A DNA stretch of 52,449 nucleotides from Nemertoderma westbladi (GCA_032718475.1 JAUCBJ010006428.1:1-52449); one strand, 5' to 3'; positions 28,101-38,046 are shown, numbered from the stretch's first letter. The notes: generated by a model from the sequence alone, not told the origin. Made by a program: numbers and translations.

Positions 28101-31100
28101 GTATAGTATAGTATAGTATAGTATAGTATAGTATAGTATAGTATAGTATAGATATAGTATAGTATAGTATAGTATAGTATAGTATAGTATAGTATAGTAT
28201 AGTATAGTATAGTATAGTATAGTTAGTATAGTATAGTATAGTATGGTATAGTATAGTATAGTATAGTATAGTATAAAGTATAGTATAGTAGTAGTATAAA
28301 GTATAGTATAGTATAGTATAGTATATTTTAGTATAGTATAGTATAGTATAGTATAGTATAGTATAGTATAGTATAGTATAGTATAGTATAGTATAGTATA
28401 GATATAGTATAGTATAGTATAGTATAGTATAGTATAGTAGTAGTATAGTATAGTTAGTATAGATATAGTATAGTATAGTATAGTATAGTATAGTATAGTA
28501 TAGTATAGTATAGTATAGTAGTAACCCAGACCGGACTCACCCAGACCGGACTCAACCAGACCGGACTCACCCAGACCGGACTCACCCGGACCGGACTCAC
28601 CCAGAGCGGACTCACCCAGAGCGGACTCCAGGACCGGACTCATTCAGACCGGACTCACCCAGACCGGACTCGACCAGACCGGACTCACCTGGACCGGACT
28701 CACTCAGACCGGACTCACCCAGACCGGACTCACCCAGACCGGACTCACCCAGACCGGACTCACCCAGACCGGACTCACCCAGACCGGACTCACCCTGACC
28801 GGACTCACCCAGACCGGACTCACCTCGACCGGAATCACCCAGATCGGACTCACCCAGACCGGACTCACCCAGACCGAACTCACCTGGACCGGACTCACCT
28901 GGACCGGACTCACCCAGACCGAACTCACCCAGAGCGGACTCACCCAGACCGAACTCACCCAGACCGGACTCACCTGGACCGAGCTGATTTTACTGTTATC
29001 GGACGAAGTAAACTGGAGGTCGACATAGAGGTACTTATACTTTCCACATCGGATTCCAAGTCTGAGGTTTGGCGATCCGATTTAAATCTGAGTAGATTAG
29101 GTAAACTGCGGCGTAGAGACGGAACCGCAATCTTCAATCCACCGGAAGCTAAAAATAAACAATCAAGCAATTATTGGCAAACACAATTTAAATCAGAGTC
29201 ATTATTCAGTCTCATTTATTGATATTTACATAATATATAGACACGACCAATACAAAAGTATAAAAATTTTATAGGCAATTCTTTAAACTTATCTTACTTT
29301 TCAATATTTGTGATTTAATCACAATTTATATATATATATATTAATTTAAATATAATTTATCCAGCGTTAGTCGTCAGATTTACAGCCATGTTTCCCCTTT
29401 GCAGCACGGGGAGCTCCTCGATAGTGGCAAAGGATGTTGGCCCTTAAAAGGGCCGTTTTGGTTTGAGTTCAGTTTGATTATGCCACAGAATCACGACCTC
29501 TCTCTAAAAGTAACATCTCTGATCCTGTCAACCATACGTTTTTCTTCAGAGTCATCGAAGATTGCACTGGAACTTGTCATTTTAATTACTTCTGTTAGGC
29601 CTAATTCAGTAAAATTACCAAAGAAACACTACAGCACTAATACCGGTAACTGAATACTGTAATATATTGCAATACAGCAAAAGTCAGGCAGTAATAACTG
29701 TTTAAACAGGGCTGCAACCTGCAAAGCTGATGACTAACGCTGGATAAATTATATTTTTTTAAAATTGTGATTAAATCACAAATATTGAAAAGTAAGATAG
29801 GTTTAAGAATTGCCTATAAAATTTGTATACTTTTGTATTGGACCCTAAATTTTTGCATGCAAGCTCAGAATTAAATTATCTTTCGAATGGTATATTACTA
29901 CTAAGGTCATGCATGTCTGACAGTTTTGGCTGGCCAGGGGGGTGGGGGGATCATTATGGAACACCCGGTATATCTGCCCAGTTACAGCTGAAATGGATAA
30001 CAAATAACGAAATGAGAGAAGGTTTTTACTTTCAGATATTTCGATCTCTACCGGTATACTGTAGAAGTGTTATGGAGTACCGTCCAACAAAGAAGTTTTT
30101 TAGAACATGGGCTGTCTGTCCACCATGCTTATTTATTCCATCCCATCATAGTAGACATGTACCGAACAACAAGAGTCCCACAAGAAATGAAAACAAATAA
30201 GTTGGTGCCAGTTCCCAAGAAGGGCAACCTAACACTCTATGGTTCTTTTCGGGGAATCTCATTGATCTCGATTGCTGCAAAGCTATACAATAGGATTCTA
30301 TTAAATCGCACCAGGGATCCCATTGAGAGACTGCTCCGTGGAAATCAGAATGGGTTCCGTAAAGGTCGTGGGACCATGGAGCCCATTTTGGCACTTAGAA
30401 GGATAATTGAAGAATTATCAAAAAAGAAAGACAGGCATATCTGGCTGTTATCTTTGTTGACTTCTTCAAGGCCTTTGATTCAGTCTCTCGCTCACGTATG
30501 TTCAGCATACTTTCATTACATGGGATTCCTGATGAAATTATTGCAGCAATCAGATCAGTATACGATGGTTCGACAACATTTGTGTCTACTGTTGACGGTG
30601 ACACAGAACCATTTGAAGTGTTATGGGGCGTCCTCCAAGGAGACACACTTGCACCATTCTTGTTCATTATTGTAGTTGACTATGTTCTACGCATGTCCTT
30701 AGATCATCATAATGATGATGGGGTGATGATAACTCCACCTACTGGCTCCAGAAGTCGAGGAAATCCTGCCAAGTACCTAACTGATCTAGACTTTGCTGAT
30801 GACTTAGGAGTACTCTCAGAATCATTAGAGGGAGCCCAACGGCTCCTCAGCTCATTAGAACATGCTGCTTCTAGTGTTGGTCTTTTTATTAACTCCAGAA
30901 AGACCAAAATTCTGACAGTTAACTTTGAAAGTCCTCAGCAAGTCTCTGATTGGATGAGCATAAGCTCAAAGGATGGTATGCTTGAACATGTGGACGACTT
31001 CTGTTACCTGGGATCATGGATCCGGAAGTCAGGTGAGGACCTTCGAATACGTAAGGGAAAGGCATGGGCAGCCTTGAATAGGCTTTCCAGGATTTGGAAG

Positions 31101-34100
31101 TCACCGAGAATTAATCGGAAACATAAGGTCCGATTATTTAGAGCAGCAGTAGTTCCAGTACTCCTCTACGGGAGTCCATGCTGGGCTCTAACTGCTGAGG
31201 ACTCCAAATCTTAGGATGGCACATTCACAAGAATGCTACGCCGGGTTCATTGTGTCAAGTACAATGCACACATCTCCAACCAGACACTATATAACATTGG
31301 AGGTGTCTCATTGGTTCCCCCAAGCTTGACACTAGAACAAAATCGCCTCCGCTTTGCAGGTCATTGCTTTCGCCGTGAGGACCAGCCAGTGCATAATCTT
31401 GTACTTTGGCAGCCTCATGGAGTGAATAACCATGGTGGACAGCCCATGACTTTCTTGAGACGCATCTTAAAGGACACTGGCCTTAAAGATGCGGATGATC
31501 TAGCAAATGTCATGGGTGATAGGGAGTTGTGGCGGTGCAATTTTGTTGACAAGCCGGCACAGCATTCTTAAAAATGCAGCTGCAATGCAGCATGCCGATA
31601 CTAGTAGTAGTATTTATTCCATGATGCCGCCAAAGCACAAGATTATGCACTGGCTGGTCCTCAGGGCGAAAGCAATGTCCTGCAAAGCGGAGGCGGTACA
31701 GGTTAAAGTGTCAAGGTAGGGGAGACTAATTGAACACCTCCAATGTTGTATAGAGTCTGATTGGAGATGTGTTCATTGTACTTGACACAATGAACCCGGC
31801 GTAGCATTCTTGTGAATGTGCCATCCAGAGATTTCGTATCCATCTGCAGATAGAGCCCAGCATGGACTCCCATATAAGTCAATTGGGAATTCCTAGCTTT
31901 ATTCATATTCGCACTGTTGCAATCCGTAGTCTTTTTAAGAGATTACGATTTATGTCTGTAATATTGTTTTACCGGTTTTTACAATGGGCAGTATTGCGCG
32001 GTATAAATAATCGAACCTTGAGGTTCCGCTTTATTCTATGTGTGGGACTTACAAATCCTGGACAGAGTATTCAATGCTGCCCATGCCTTCCCCTTACGTA
32101 TCCAAAAGTGTTCAGCTGACATCATCCGCGTGCTCAAGCAAGTTTCCAATATTATATACCGAGTTTCCGATTAAACGAATTAAAATCAAGGAAACGGTGA
32201 AAGGTTTTCACTTTCACACATTTCGCCCTCTAGCGGCAGACTGGAAAACTGCAGTCGATAACAGAATTGGAGAAGGATTTCACTTTCAGACACTTCGCGC
32301 TCTAGCGGCAGACTACAGAACTGTAGATGGATTATACTCCTTTGAATGACTCACCTAACGGTGTAATACAAATCAGCCAAGCTTCAGCTTGAACGGATTA
32401 CAATTTTTTGTGCGTATTACTACTTATATATCATATTATCTTATACTGTTTTCTTTTGATTTCACATTTTTTTTCTTCCCAAACATTGGATTATAGGCTG
32501 GTTTACCGCCGGTTTATTTTCTTTTCTACACATCTGTGTTTTGTTTCTGTTATATTCTATATTGGTCGTATGTATGTTGTACTACACTCAGTTGTATATG
32601 TATGCTGTACTACACTCAGTTGTATATGTATACTGTACTACACTCAGTTGTATATGTATGCTGTACTACACCCAGTTGTATATGTATGCTGTACTACACT
32701 CAGTTGTATATGTATACTGTACTACACTTAGACAATGTTTAGTGTTAATCCTTCCATTACAACCGAAATTCTCAAATTTTACTTTCTATTTGCATGCCCC
32801 CCCCCCCCCCCCCCCCCCCCCGCTCTATCCAAGCTACTTTGGGGTCTGAATCTCTGATATGGATTCAGTGCGTTGTAACTACTTACAACTTAGCTTCTAG
32901 ATTAATAAAAACCGACTGTTATTACAGTTGCAATTAACATAAAAGGTAGATATGGGTGGAGTGGTTTTTTGAAGGGGTTGAGTAGTTGAGTGAATATTAT
33001 GGTTAATATATCCGCTAATTTTGGGCGTAGCTTGTTTGTGGCATAATATTGTACCTAAATCGAAGCCATTCAGTTTGAATTGTATTGTTTTGCTGTAAAG
33101 ATGCATTAAATGGCTACGCCTTCATTCGATACTCCCTAAAAGCATTCCTTAGTGGTTCAATCTATGAACGGAATTATAAATTTCGTTGTACAAAAATATC
33201 TGTACCTGAGATGAGACAACTGGTGGACACAAATTCCATGCCGGCGAATTAATATCTCATCTCAAAGTTGAATTAAAAATTAAGTGAAGGGTGCAGGTTA
33301 AAGTCGCACATTATTCTAACCAAAACAATAAACTACGGTGAATTTAACAGCTCACAGATTTTTTTCACCGGAGAGGAATGCATTTTGATTGCTCCCAGAG
33401 TTCCAGTTCCCCCCCCCCCCCCCCCCCCCTGCAAGAGTTTTAAAATTGGGTTTGGCTGGAAGGTTGCGTTGCAGAGATTCCCGTAAAGACATGCCAATAT
33501 TGCGTGCAAGATTCACAAGTTGGGTAGCAGTAGTAGTAGTAGTATAACCAGAGAGTTTTATTTTATCGTTATTATTTAGTCACTTAACCACGGTAATATA
33601 ATAATCAGTACGTGAATGACCCATTCTGTTGTAGAACGTGACAATTGCTTCCCCCGGAAAATTTACCTCCGGACAATTGCCCCCGGGGACATCTGCCCCC
33701 CCCGGACACCCCTCCCGGACAATTTCTCCCCGGACAATTGCCCCCCAGACAATTGCCCCCCGGACAATCATTACAATAAACATAAAATGTTGTGTGAAGC
33801 CATTAATTTACGTCATAAAAAGCTATAGCTAGCATAAAGACAATCAAATTGTTTTAGATACAAAATCGTGCATATTTTGTAAAAATATAAATATTAAAGT
33901 GTTTTACAGTTTAGAATTAGTGATCAAATCAAATTGTCAAATCAAATCAAATCGTAAAATCTTTGATTTTTCGAAAAAAGCATAACAATTTAAAGTTTAG
34001 AAGTGTTAATCACGGTTAAGGCCCGTTTCCGCAGTGCTATGTTATATGTAAGGTATTCTGAGCTTTTTTGAGCTGTTTTTCAACCCTTTTTTGAGTTTTT

Positions 34101-35297
34101 TTAGAGCTTTAATTCCATATTTTAGGTTTTAGCATTTCAAAATTCTCAGATTCATCTTGAAGCAATTAATTTCTAGAAATTGTTTTAACTAAAAAAAGCT
34201 TGAAATAAAACTCAAAAAAAGTAGCGCGGAAACGACCATACGGGTCTGTGTGTCAGGTGTATTGAATTGTACTGAATTTATATACATTTACTATACATTT
34301 CTCACTCAATCTTTTTTAAGATCCCGGTACTTCATTTGTTCGCATTTTATGGGTGGTGGTCGTATGTATATTTCATGTTTTATTATTAAAAATTATTATT
34401 TGATTACAATAAACTTCACTTTAAGAAAAACCTGTACTACTTGCGTTCCAATATTAATTGAGCATTTCTATTAATTATTATTACACATTAATTATTAGTA
34501 AGGCGGTGTAACTAACTCGCTCCGTTGTCTGCGCTGCCCGGATCAGCGTCCAACTCATCCCCGGAGCATGGGGGCGTCGATTCGCTGGACTGCGACGATC
34601 TGTTGTCTTCCAGCTCCTCCAACACACTACCCACGGCGCCAACAGCTGTGGCAACAGCGCCATCCCTGGGGGAGGGCACCGGAGAAGTTTCAGTGGATAA
34701 GGGAAAAGGTAAAGGCGAATTCCGTCTGGTGATAAATAGATGAAGGAGGAAGCGTTACAAAAGTCACAATCATAACTAAAATAATTTATAGTGATAAACA
34801 ATTAAGAATTAATAGTTCCACTAGTATTATGTATTAAGTAAAAACTATCACTGCCGCCTCGACCTGTTTTCCAAATAGTTTTCGGTTAATTATCATTTTC
34901 CTAAATTTGTAGTCCTATTTTTTATAAAAACAGTAGAAAATGACTAATGGGCGTATTTATTATGCTTAAATAAAATGGCGTTGCTAATTAATATTTCACT
35001 TATATACCTGAATTCGTCGATTGAAATTTTCAGATCAACCGCATTACTGCTGTTCGCTCTCTCCTTCCCTTTGCTTGGGAACGGGGTGCGAAGACTATCT
35101 GAGTCAGTTTGGGGTAACCCTGGGCTCATTGTGTGTCTCCTAATACCGCGGGTATGAGAGTTAGTATCTCCGCCTGTCTGGCCGCCACCGATTTGAATAT
35201 ATGGCATGTTTAATACGGAAACTCGGCCTGTAGGAACCGGGGAAGGTTGAATTAGTTCGCCCTCGTCGCTTATGTCATCAGTCGTAACTGATGCCAT
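991..35297 (-). CDS. INPP5E: INPP5E-like inositol polyphosphate 5-phosphatase, whole multi-exon span (9 exons listed separately; terminal exon uncertain)
   Basis: Hand-spliced exons 35297-35008, 34725-34517, 29148-28974, 17226-17008, 12983-12859, 7483-7256, 6826-6662, 5264-5143, 1127-991 all have GT/AG boundaries with compatible phases. They give the 5-phosphatase motifs GTWNM, IGTQE, KTKGA, GDLNFR, PSYKFD, RTPSYTDRVLY and SDHKPV, plus INPP5E-like RRDLIWFCS and RPGRE. Confidence 0.92.
1173..1517. mobile_element. Near-perfect palindromic element (~148-bp arms), Penelope-LTR-like, each arm carrying a minimal hammerhead-like motif
   Basis: 1173-1320 is the reverse complement of 1367-1517 with few mismatches. 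Confidence 0.75.
1415..1452 (+). ncRNA. Minimal type I hammerhead ribozyme-like motif (mirror copy at 1236-1273 on minus)
   Basis: ATTAC CTGAAGA T GCCC TGTT GGGA GAAA GC TT GTAAT: stem I ATTAC/GTAAT, both core boxes, palindromic AGCT stem III, CUU triplet. The first pair of stem II is a G-A mismatch. Confidence 0.6.
2724..3179 (+). CDS. PFDN2: Prefoldin subunit 2, intronless, nested antisense in an INPP5E intron
   Basis: 151-aa ORF with GFNELRxEQR, EHxLVIxTLK and [21 protein letters not shown], characteristic of PFDN2. Confidence 0.95.
   Translation: MPNSGKRKGESAEEIVEGFNELRLEQRNLITKMNELEAEVDEHELVITTLKKTDSDRRCFRMIGGVLVERQVKDILPSLESHKENIKQLIVSLNTAAEGKGKEMQDYVAKHDLKRNLSMNEGTSKEDDKRVSKADGPISQSVLVENVEEMD
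3901..3985 (+). pseudogene. Remnant of pogo/Tigger-type transposase N-terminal HTH_psq
   Basis: [23 protein letters not shown] resembles a pipsqueak HTH. No downstream DDE domain is visible. Confidence 0.4.
4208..4445 (+). mobile_element. Degraded 3' fragment of the RTE LINE family
   Basis: CGCCTCCGCTTTGCAGGACATTG...GGACAGCCCATGACTTTC...AGCATTCTTAA matches 31344-31571. Confidence 0.85.
5143..5264 (-). CDS. INPP5E: INPP5E exon 8 ([34 protein letters not shown])
   Basis: Acceptor TTCAG, donor ACG|GTAGGT. PSYKFD and RTPSYT motifs. Confidence 0.94.
5500..6128. mobile_element. Degraded copy of the CACCATG-ended foldback/MITE family
   Basis: 5890-6128 resembles the right arm of 36984-37871, including the poly-G tract and CATGGTGTA end. 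Confidence 0.65.
6376..6690 (-). repeat. 41-bp tandem repeat (~7.7 copies) duplicating the end of INPP5E exon 7 plus its GTGAGT donor
   Basis: Unit CCGTGTTTCATACAGTTGTGCAGCTGGTCTGTATTTACTCA starts at 6415, 6456, 6497, 6538, 6579, 6620 and 6661. Confidence 0.95.
6662..6826 (-). CDS. INPP5E: INPP5E exon 7 ([19 protein letters not shown]...[10 protein letters not shown])
   Basis: Acceptor TTTAG, donor G|GTGAGT. Catalytic motif GDLNFR and DQL. Confidence 0.93.
7256..7483 (-). CDS. INPP5E: INPP5E exon 6 ([37 protein letters not shown]...NTNEYLAVK)
   Basis: Acceptor TTTTAG, donor T|GTAAGT. KTKGA and FFGTSxLFIxSH motifs. Confidence 0.93.
8402..10768 (-). CDS. CCDC177: CCDC177-like coiled-coil protein (788 aa from first ATG), intronless, nested on the same strand in an INPP5E intron
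   Basis: LDLYNF...[25 protein letters not shown]...[19 protein letters not shown] matches the conserved CCDC177 N-terminal block. Long R/E-rich coiled-coil C-terminus. First ATG at 10768 with an in-frame TAA upstream. Confidence 0.85.
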   Translation of the reverse strand: MFATVTSGSVDDYELNKMFNDSRGKTRRNISTVKSKVDHGNKGGPHPIPKLDLYNFEESWTENSRFVLTSPRSLEACSRVGVRPLELLHKPYSEFADELKPLRKPRGVIIAIYEECERERLRKLRRCREQRDLVLEEDRKHFLKYGVSVYDESTRGLTPSNIMRKVDAKGTPSRSHNVVIDTSPSHFRHGNKSGSHRGGKSRKEFSETPVERREDAWEVVKETSNRRKPAWRRYESDSNGEVPVVRGRGLGKSVDWSGEVEGNRRGGGLRRSSSAGDIPRSVDEIWESNVGYRGGKEGYRDENTSYRDENTRYHDNTRYRDDNNIANNDDNTRYRDDNTRYRDDNTSYPDENIRYHDNTRYHDDNARYRDDSIRYRDDNTRYRDDNNIANNDDNTRYRDDNTRYRDDNTSYPDENIRYHDNTRYHDDNARYRDDSIRYRDDNARYREDNTRYRDDNTRHHDDNTRYRDDNIVHAGKYDRRGDHGDSRSLDRHYDYDVSSADRRAKDKDYYYRMERRHIDDYDREKRALQSRRVMSAEEKSYRKLLGESSKDELRRGAKDREERVWLENAKRRVENEERIAEHMRRWRTVEREKEQRALEMRREAGEREERARDLMLANQLRVEQQRRDRVLIKADQAYRNAEARRGRERDQDRWRQAIRDRRFHETSRATRASEDLLAQRALRTAQKRFGEEYRHSKNYERVREDNQLKTMLHEETIKNKDRRNTSLQMQRSVAQDELRALAKASQDLRERMAGEKTFDKRSLKASLDCAVGKGPQLGKKNQTTLRLG
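9355..9875 (-). repeat. Coding 21-bp minisatellite (YRDDNTR-type) with a 189-bp higher-order duplication
   Basis: About 23 heptad-like units. The block [15 protein letters not shown]...YRDDSIR occurs twice, 189 bp apart. Confidence 0.92.
10945..10958. promoter_or_regulatory. RFX X-box-like motif upstream of the CCDC177-like gene
   Basis: GTTGTCCTAGTAAC, with two ATTGG (CCAAT) boxes at about 10968 and 11002. Confidence 0.6.
12859..12983 (-). CDS. INPP5E: INPP5E exon 5 ([41 protein letters not shown])
   Basis: Acceptor TTTACAG, donor A|GTGAGT, 125 bp. Very close to the INPP5E segment REWExRLQETLG...[11 protein letters not shown]. Confidence 0.94.
13016..13360 (-). mobile_element. tRNA-headed, hammerhead-containing SINE/retrozyme-like element with inverted duplication of its 5' part
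   Basis: Inverted arms at about 13034-13081/13250-13297 and 13016-13034/13342-13360. The minus strand reads A-box-like TGGCGCAATTG, then B box GGTTCGAATCC (13218-13208), then the hammerhead. Confidence 0.78.
13162..13204 (-). ncRNA. Minimal type I hammerhead ribozyme
   Basis: ACCACG CTGATGA GACC CAGTAA GGTC GAAA CGCG TA CGTGGT: stem I ACCACG/CGTGGT, intact core, stem II GACC/GGTC, palindromic ACGCGT stem III, GUA cleavage triplet. Confidence 0.9.
13646..15021. repeat. 29-30-bp minisatellite (~46 copies)
   Basis: Unit TACGTGTAAACGGTACCTATAAACGCTAA(A), with recurring variants. Confidence 0.97.
17008..17226 (-). CDS. INPP5E: INPP5E exon 4 ([36 protein letters not shown]...[12 protein letters not shown])
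   Basis: Acceptor ATGCAG, donor AA|GTAGGT. Contains RYFPDR, TWNM and IGTQE. Confidence 0.92.
17802..18321. mobile_element. MITE with GCCCGTATGCA...TGCATACGGGC termini (Harbinger-like)
   Basis: Terminal inverted repeats and internal TTACGA/TCGTAA sub-repeats. Confidence 0.6.
20386..28523. repeat. 8.1-kb satellite: 22-bp unit AGTAGATAAAGTATAGTATAGT grading into (TAGTA)n
   Basis: Read directly. It is almost free of C on the plus strand. Confidence 0.98.
28524..28981 (-). repeat. 15-bp tandem repeat (~30 copies) duplicating the INPP5E exon 3 end and GTGAGT donor
   Basis: Minus-strand unit CGGTCTGG-GTGAGTC. The first copy, CGGTCCAG|GTGAGTC, is the exon junction. Confidence 0.95.
28974..29148 (-). 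CDS. INPP5E: INPP5E exon 3 ([18 protein letters not shown]...[13 protein letters not shown])
   Basis: Acceptor TTTTTAG, donor CAG|GTGAGT. The end resembles the LLxPI...RSR segment preceding SYLxGS in INPP5E. Confidence 0.82.
29247..29841. mobile_element. Internally deleted TIR DNA transposon (Tc1/mariner-like)
   Basis: Inverted arms at about 29247-29376 and 29726-29841. The interior minus strand reads [27 protein letters not shown], reminiscent of a Tc1-type transposase N-terminus. Confidence 0.6.
30142..31610 (+). mobile_element. 5'-truncated RTE-clade LINE (reverse transcriptase pseudogene) with 12-bp TSD
   Basis: RT motifs [48 protein letters not shown] and FCYLGS. One frameshift near 30430, a TAG at 31212, a (TAG)n tail, and TSD TATTTATTCCAT at 30130-30141 and 31611-31622. 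Confidence 0.93.
31611..32115 (-). mobile_element. Older antisense copy of the same RTE family (continues at ~30105-30141)
   Basis: Reverse complement encodes [32 protein letters not shown] and matches the [11 protein letters not shown] region. Confidence 0.88.
32569..32728. repeat. 28-bp tandem repeat (~6 copies)
   Basis: Unit CTGTACTACACTCAGTTGTATATGTATG. Confidence 0.92.
33639..33768. repeat. ~15-bp GC-rich tandem repeat (CGGACAATTGCCCCC)
   Basis: About 8 imperfect copies. Confidence 0.8.
34517..34725 (-). CDS. INPP5E: INPP5E exon 2 ([19 protein letters not shown]...ADNGA)
   Basis: Acceptor TCACCAG, donor A|GTTAGT, GC-rich open frame. Phase 2 in and phase 1 out fit both neighbours. Confidence 0.65.
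35008..35297 (-). CDS. INPP5E: INPP5E coding exon 1 (MASVTTDD...SIDEFR), low-complexity N-terminus
   Basis: ATG at 35297, open frame, donor TTCAG|GTATAT in phase 2 matching the next exon. Assignment rests on phase and position, not on a conserved motif. Confidence 0.65.
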
Positions 35298-35885
35298 TAT
35301 CTGATTTGTACACGTGTAGTACCGGTAGGCCTATAGCCTAAATGTCGGAACAGCTACCGCCCTATACTGTAGATAGACACTCGCTGCATTAAAATCAACC
35401 ATAAATAGTTCCAAAAGTATATTGGTATATAAAGGATATTCAGTCATAATACCCGAGTTCACCGATCCCGATCATATAAAATAATGCCAAGCTATACTAG
35501 CCTACTAGCCTACTACTCAGCTACTCCTAATGAACACCGATGGAAGACGTGTGGAAGTAACTCTACCGGCACGCCGTGCGGTACATTACCGGTATCGTAC
35601 ACCAGTGGATAGCACCGCAATGCGGTACAACAAAAAATCACTACACTAGCTCAATAAATGTCGAGCAGTTTAAACCTAATAAATACTTTTAGTAGACTTA
35701 CAAACTCTACAAATTGTTCTTCATTGGATGTTTCAGGTACATGGGTGTAGATAACCTGCTTATTGGGTAAGCAGTACAACTGATTTTGTTACTAACTAGT
35801 AGGTAAAAGTAAATAGTTGCCGCCGCGGACAGCCTGTTATGTAATCAGACATTCTGAATACCATCCGTATGCATTGTTGTATATT

Positions 35886-35898
35886 GTTGCTAGGTAGC
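35886..35898. promoter_or_regulatory. X-box-like motif upstream of INPP5E
   Basis: GTTGCTAGGTAGC, one mismatch from GTTGCTAGGTAAC, about 590 bp before the ATG. Confidence 0.4.
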
Positions 35899-36476
35899 GT
35901 GCCGGTAGCGCTGGTTACAGTTTTGTCCATTTTAATGGACAAACTATTTTTTCTTAAGTACTAATATAGTAAGTAGTAAATACTTAAAGTCACCCATTAC
36001 TGTAATTAATCAAATATGGCATAGCCCTAGATAAACTCATGTCACTTTTTACCAACTTTAAATTCTAATTATATAGGATAGGCCAGGCGGAGAATATTTA
36101 ATTAGTAAATTAAATAATGGTAAAACTCAAAAACGAATATAAATTTATTTAAATCAAATTGCAATACAAAATAATGTAAACGAAATAAATGGAAACTAAA
36201 TATCATACTAAATAAATATTTTTTAAAGTTTACATATATATATTTGGACTTTGACGGCTAATAAATGGGCAATTTTACACAAATAAACAGCTCTTTGTGG
36301 ATTGGATTTTATACAATCACTTATAAGAGGCCGAGCGCATCAGAAATCTCTACGCCCTGAAGTTCTGACGAATTAATTGGATCAGCTTTCCCTCCACTTC
36401 CCTCCATATCAGCCGCACACACAACTACACTACCAGCCCTATCAATTAATTTTGTCAATCAAATAACATAACCGTC

Positions 36477-36518
36477 AGCCAATCACAGTCCCAACATTGT
36501 CTTGCGTTGCTAAGTAAC
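36477..36518 (+). promoter_or_regulatory. CCAAT box plus RFX X-box, probable androglobin promoter
   Basis: AGCCAATCAC at about 36477 and GTTGCTAAGTAAC at 36506-36518. Confidence 0.55.
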
Positions 36519-36983
36519 GACTATACACAAAATTACGTTTCAAAATTCAAACCGAAAATTGTAGGCCTATTTAGTAGTTTTAGCATAGATATATCGTACT
36601 CTAATGCTGTGCAAAGAGATACATATTGAAATTATAAAATAAACTACTAATAGACAATTACTGTACATTTATTTACTGTAGTTTATTTATCCGATATTTC
36701 ATACGGAAAACAATGACACGGTTCATTTTTCCAAAAGTGGATTTTATATTCTCATATTACATATTTCGTCGTTAAATACGCTATACTATGTTCGGTAGGC
36801 TATGATATCTCAAACTCAAAAAATGTAATAATTAGAATAAATTGTAATTTTTTTGTAAAAGTGTATTACCGGTATTGTTGTTAAATTATAGTCTAAAAAT
36901 TACGTTTATTTATAGAATGTATAATACAAATAAAGAGTTTTTTTTAGACAAATTTGTAACTTTTATATTTCTGCATTTGTATA

Positions 36984-37871
36984 CACCATGCCCCGGAATA
37001 TAGAGACGTAATTCAATGACACGACCCCAACCCCACCCCCCTATTTTGTCTACAAATCTTAATGAGATTGCATGAAATTTGAAACAGAGATAGTTTCACT
37101 TCCCGACCACTTAGCGGGTGAGCCGTAATTTTTATTTTTGTTTTCAATCTTTAGCTACAAGCATTTGAAAAAAGTGTCTCCGGTGAAATTGTTGCACCAG
37201 TCACACCACAGTTATTCTTCAACCTCATAGTGATTTATTGGTATTGTTAGAAAGATGACAATGATTCGAAATATGTATGAATTTCGTCGTAAATAGCTGT
37301 GATATGGGAGTTCAAAAGTTGCATGGTTTTGCATCTGCGCTAGGCTATTTTATTATATTTAATAAATGCATTATTAGAACATTTCATTTATCCAATACGT
37401 AGCTGGGCAGTGCATTACATCTTTAATCATACTATTACGTAGCTATTCATATCTTAACATAATGTTCCAGAATATGGTTTATTATTTAATAGAACAAAAT
37501 AACCTATCCTCGCACAGACAAAACCATGGAACATTTGAACGCTCAGATCTCTGCTATTTCTCAACCAAATTCAAATATTTTTACATATTTGCAATCCTTG
37601 CACGGCCAGCTTTCTAACAGTACCAATAAACAGCTACAAAGTAGAGGAATAATTGCGGTGCAACTAGTGCAATATTGCCGGAGACACTTTTTTAAACGCT
37701 TGTAGCTAAAGATTGAAAGCAAAATAAAAATTCTGGCTCACCCAGACAGTGGTGGGGAGGTGAAACTATCTCTGTTTCAAATTTCCTGCAATCTCATTAA
37801 GATTTGTAGAAATTTTTTTTTTTGGGGGGGGGGGGTGTCACTGAATTACGACATTATTCCGAGGCGTGGTG
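36984..37871. mobile_element. Foldback/MITE with ~400-bp imperfect inverted arms, CACCATG termini and TA flanks
   Basis: TA-CACCATGCCCCGGAATA...TATTCCGAGGCGTGGTG-TA. The arms are mutually complementary. Confidence 0.85.
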
Positions 37872-38046
37872 TAAGTAGGCCTAAACTCAGTACGTCAAAT
37901 TATATTTAAATCGAGGCTATAATTCAGATCAATATTCAGTAAACTAATAAATCGTTTTTTTTTCTACACAAACCTTCTGCAGTAGATTAGGATTGTATAC
38001 TAAATAGCACAATAAATAAACGCTCAGTTTTATATGCTGTAGGCCT

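Noticed and set aside
25905-28643. 912-aa YYTIL-rich ORF
   Set aside because: It is a translation of the TAGTA satellite and the 15-bp repeat, with no protein features.
28704-28973. VSPVW repeat ORF
   Set aside because: It is a reading of the intronic 15-bp donor array and is out of frame with the exon.
29726-29750. CTGATGA motif in an inverted-repeat arm
   Set aside because: No stem II or GAAA follows. It is part of a transposon TIR.
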